64,000 nucleotides of DNA from an uncultured Chloroflexia bacterium (GTDB lineage Bacteria; Chloroflexota; Anaerolineae; Anaerolineales; UBA11858): assembly GCA_963716695.1 (NCBI GenBank), contig CAVQTT010000024.1, forward strand, positions 51,387 through 115,386, given 5' to 3'. Positions 61,046 through 64,000 of the stretch are shown one piece after another. The translations under genes were made by a program, and so were the position numbers. A model generated the notes under the pieces. That model saw nothing but the letters and a program-made list of their open reading frames with translations. It was not told the DNA's origin and did not search any database. Numbering within the stretch: position 1 is the first letter of the stretch; each line of letters starts with the position of its first letter.

Positions 61046-61726
61046 ATGAGTGAGTGGGTAGTTGAAGCCAAAGATATTACCAAGGTTTATCAGATGGGCG
61101 AAGTGCAGGTCCATGCCTTGAGGGGACTTTCGATCAATATAGCCCCGGGGGAGATCCTGTCGATTATGGGCCCTTCCGGTTCTGGAAAATCAACCTTAAT
61201 GAATATCCTGGGCTGCCTGGATCGTCCAACTTCCGGGGAATACAGCCTGAACGGTGAGAGCGTGGCCGCCTTAAATGATGATCAGCTGGCAGAGATCCGC
61301 AACCGGGGGGTAGGTTTTGTCTTCCAAAGCTTTAACCTATTGCCCAGGGCAACAGCTCTCGCAAATGTTGAACTTCCCATGCGCTATGCAGTATTAAATG
61401 GGCGCAACCGCAAGGATGTGGCCAGACAAGCCCTGGAGGCAGTCGGGCTGGGGGATCGCATTCACCACCGCCCCAACGAATTATCCGGCGGCCAGATGCA
61501 GAGAGTTGCCATCGCCCGGGCCCTGGTTAATGACCCGGCCATTATTATGGCTGATGAGCCGACCGGCAATCTCGATACCAAATCTGGCGACGAGATCATG
61601 GGACTATTAAAGAACCTAAACAAGGACAGGGGCACAACCCTGATCATAGTCACCCATGACCCGGAAGTAGCCGAACTGACAAACCGGGTGGTATCCATCC
61701 GGGATGGATTGATCGCGGAGAATTGA
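61046..61726 (+). CDS. MacB/LolD-type ABC ATP-binding protein
   Basis: [41 protein letters not shown]. Confidence 0.95.
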   Translation: MSEWVVEAKDITKVYQMGEVQVHALRGLSINIAPGEILSIMGPSGSGKSTLMNILGCLDRPTSGEYSLNGESVAALNDDQLAEIRNRGVGFVFQSFNLLPRATALANVELPMRYAVLNGRNRKDVARQALEAVGLGDRIHHRPNELSGGQMQRVAIARALVNDPAIIMADEPTGNLDTKSGDEIMGLLKNLNKDRGTTLIIVTHDPEVAELTNRVVSIRDGLIAEN

Positions 61727-61727
61727 T

Positions 61728-62954
61728 ATGAATTTTGCATCCTCATTATGGGAGGCTTTAGAAAGCCTTTCTTCAAATAAAGTCCGGACTGCCTTGACCA
61801 TGCTGGGGATTGTGATCGGCGTGGGAGCAGTGATCGCCATGCTGGCCATTGGGACCGGCACAGAACAGGCAATTGTGGGTGAAATCGAAGGCATCGGAAC
61901 CAACCTGCTTTTTGTAGCCACCAATTATGAGGATGTAAAAAACCCTGAACCGTTAACCATCCAGGATGCTGAAGCGCTCAGTGATCCCCTCTTTGCGCCC
62001 TCGATCGCAGCCGCGTCCCCGGTTGTTCAGGGTCAGGCTGAACTGACCTACGCTGGCCAGGTAAAAATTGCCTCCCTGGTGGGGGTAACAGAAGATTATT
62101 ATCTTGTGCAGACAGTCGAGTTATCGGAGGGCGAGTTCTTTTCTTCCACCCAGATCAATGGGGTTGCCTCGGCAGCCATCCTGGGAACCAATTTGGCAGA
62201 AGACCTCTTCGGCCGCAGCGATGGCCTGGTGGGTGAAACGGTCAGAGTAAATGGCCAGCCCTTCAGGATCGTGGGCATCCTGAAGAAGGAAGGAGGCTCA
62301 GAATTCGGCTCCAGCGCTGATGATCAGGTCCTGGTTCCCTTAACAACCGCCCAGATTCGGCTGCTGCCCCGCAAAGCAGCCAACCAGGTGGACCTGATCT
62401 ATGTTTCAGCGATTGATTCTGATTCTGTCAAAGCGGCCGAGGATGAGATTTCCATCATTCTGCGCGACAGGCATAAAATCAAGCTGGCAGAGGATGATTT
62501 TAGAATCCTCACCCAGGAACTATTCCTCGATTTTGCTTCCACTGTGACGGGAGTGTTTACGATCTTTTTAGGTGGAGTAGCCGGCATCAGCCTCCTGGTG
62601 GGCGGAATAGGGATTATGAATATCATGCTGGTATCAGTCACCGAAAGGACCAAGGAGATCGGCCTCCGGAAAGCTGTTGGAGCAAAAAAGAATGATATAT
62701 TGACCCAATTCCTGATCGAATCTTCGTTGCTGAGTGCCCTGGGTGGCATAATTGGCATTGTTTTGGGCTGGTTATTAGCCCTGGGAGTTGGCAAGATCGC
62801 AGCTGCCAATGATTTTTTGTTGAACCCGGCAATTACAGTCAACTCCGTTCTTTTGGCAACCCTATTCTCTGCCGCGGTGGGATTATTCTTCGGTATTTAT
62901 CCCGCCAGCAGAGCCGCTCAACTGGAACCTATAGAAGCCCTGCGCAGCGAATAA
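61728..62954 (+). CDS. MacB/FtsX-type ABC permease
   Basis: RTALTMLGIVIGV, GGIGIMNIMLVSVTERTKEIG, GIYPA.RAA.L.PIEALR. Confidence 0.95.
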   Translation: MNFASSLWEALESLSSNKVRTALTMLGIVIGVGAVIAMLAIGTGTEQAIVGEIEGIGTNLLFVATNYEDVKNPEPLTIQDAEALSDPLFAPSIAAASPVVQGQAELTYAGQVKIASLVGVTEDYYLVQTVELSEGEFFSSTQINGVASAAILGTNLAEDLFGRSDGLVGETVRVNGQPFRIVGILKKEGGSEFGSSADDQVLVPLTTAQIRLLPRKAANQVDLIYVSAIDSDSVKAAEDEISIILRDRHKIKLAEDDFRILTQELFLDFASTVTGVFTIFLGGVAGISLLVGGIGIMNIMLVSVTERTKEIGLRKAVGAKKNDILTQFLIESSLLSALGGIIGIVLGWLLALGVGKIAAANDFLLNPAITVNSVLLATLFSAAVGLFFGIYPASRAAQLEPIEALRSE

Positions 62955-62974
62955 ACCCCACCTGAAAGGAAGAA

Positions 62975-63688
62975 TTGCAGATTAGCGATATGGACAGGAT
63001 ACTTGTAGTTGATGATGACAGGGATATAGTCAGGCTGGTGCGCTCCTACCTGGAAAAAGCTGGCTTTCAGATCCTGACCGCTTATGATGGTGAAACAGCC
63101 CTGCGGGTCCTGAAAGCTGAAAAACCCCAGCTGGTGATCCTGGATTTAATGCTGCCCGATCGGGATGGGTGGGATGTGGCGCGCCTGGTTCGCTCAGATC
63201 CCCAATTAGCCGCGACCCCGATCATTATGTTGACGGCCCGGATTGAGGATAATGACAAGATCGTCGGCCTGGAGATCGGAGCTGATGACTATATCACCAA
63301 ACCATTTAATCCCCGCGAGGTTGTCGCCCGGGTCCGGGCCCTGCTGCGAAGATCCCGGCAACAACTTCACCTGCAAACTCCGATTCGGCTCCAGGTAGGG
63401 GAATTTGTGCTCGATCTGGGTAAACGGGAATTAACCAGGGACGGCAGCGAAATAGAGCTGACTCCCTCTGAATTTGAATTGATCAAAGTATTGATGCACA
63501 ATCCTGGTTTTGTGATCACCAGAACGGAACTGGCAGAAAAGGCTCTCGGGTATGGATCAGAAACTATTGGGCGAACCCTGGATTCCCATATTAAAAATCT
63601 GCGCCGGAAAGTCGATCCCCCTGATGATGACCAATCCTTTATCCAAACAGTTCACGGTATTGGCTATCGATTGAGAGAACATTCCTGA
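62975..63688 (+). CDS. OmpR/PhoB family response regulator
   Basis: ILVVDDD, LDLMLP, GADDYITKPF, winged-helix HIKNLRRK..TVHGIGY. Confidence 0.95.
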   Translation: MQISDMDRILVVDDDRDIVRLVRSYLEKAGFQILTAYDGETALRVLKAEKPQLVILDLMLPDRDGWDVARLVRSDPQLAATPIIMLTARIEDNDKIVGLEIGADDYITKPFNPREVVARVRALLRRSRQQLHLQTPIRLQVGEFVLDLGKRELTRDGSEIELTPSEFELIKVLMHNPGFVITRTELAEKALGYGSETIGRTLDSHIKNLRRKVDPPDDDQSFIQTVHGIGYRLREHS

Positions 63689-64000
63689 TGAACCAGCTCT
63701 GGGTGAGAATCAGCCTGACATACGTGGCAATCGTGATCTTTCTGATCGTTGTGCCAGCTGTGGTCTATTTAACGATCCAGGCTGACGACATCAACCTGGG
63801 ATACCCGGACGTGGTCATCAGTGACCAGATTCCGGAAGATTTTAGACCCAACCTGCTCTCCAGAATGATCGGTTTCCGGGACAGCCAAATGGTGATCCAT
63901 CTGGTGCGGATCCTGTTTTCGATCTCAATCATAGGTATGCTTGTGGGAGTGATCAGCAGCCGGGGATTGGCCGCTCCGCTGAATAACCTGGCTAAAGCTG
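63688..64000 (+). CDS. Membrane sensor histidine kinase, N-terminal part (partial)
   Basis: TGATG-coupled to the response regulator; two TMs, then SRGLAAPLNNLAKA at the start of a HAMP domain. Confidence 0.75.
   Translation, partial: MNQLWVRISLTYVAIVIFLIVVPAVVYLTIQADDINLGYPDVVISDQIPEDFRPNLLSRMIGFRDSQMVIHLVRILFSISIIGMLVGVISSRGLAAPLNNLAKA

Noticed and set aside
1-64000. CRISPR arrays, cas genes, transposases, prophage and the many antisense ORFs in the track
   Set aside because: No regularly spaced repeats or mobile-element motifs found by eye; antisense ORFs are shadows of well-supported genes

Overview
A 64-kb core-chromosome segment, most likely from an Anaerolineae-type Chloroflexota bacterium (inferred from gene content and protein style, not from a search). 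No phage, IS, integron or CRISPR array was recognised. From left to right it carries: an ECF sigma/zinc anti-sigma pair; a DUF166 gene; an unusual Rieske/cytochrome b operon with a cytochrome c fused to cytochrome b; a mosaic bacterioferritin-peptidase-beta-sandwich ORF; a cat/arsM/msrA/msrB detox cluster; a maltodextrin ABC operon with a lipoprotein amylase; a heliorhodopsin; T-box-controlled serS; a UGA-recoded selD with SECIS-like hairpins; a thioester-less alpha-2-macroglobulin; a YtrA-YhfC-ABC operon containing a perfect parS; tRNA-Leu(CAA); glgC; a dnaA-unlinked oriC-like region with DnaA boxes and DnaA-trios; tRNA-Ser(CGA); and a MacAB-type exporter with a two-component system. Eleven genes, including essential serS, carry 13 apparent single-base insertions, so the sequence probably contains uncorrected long-read errors. 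Fusions and splits in the ORF track must be read with that in mind.
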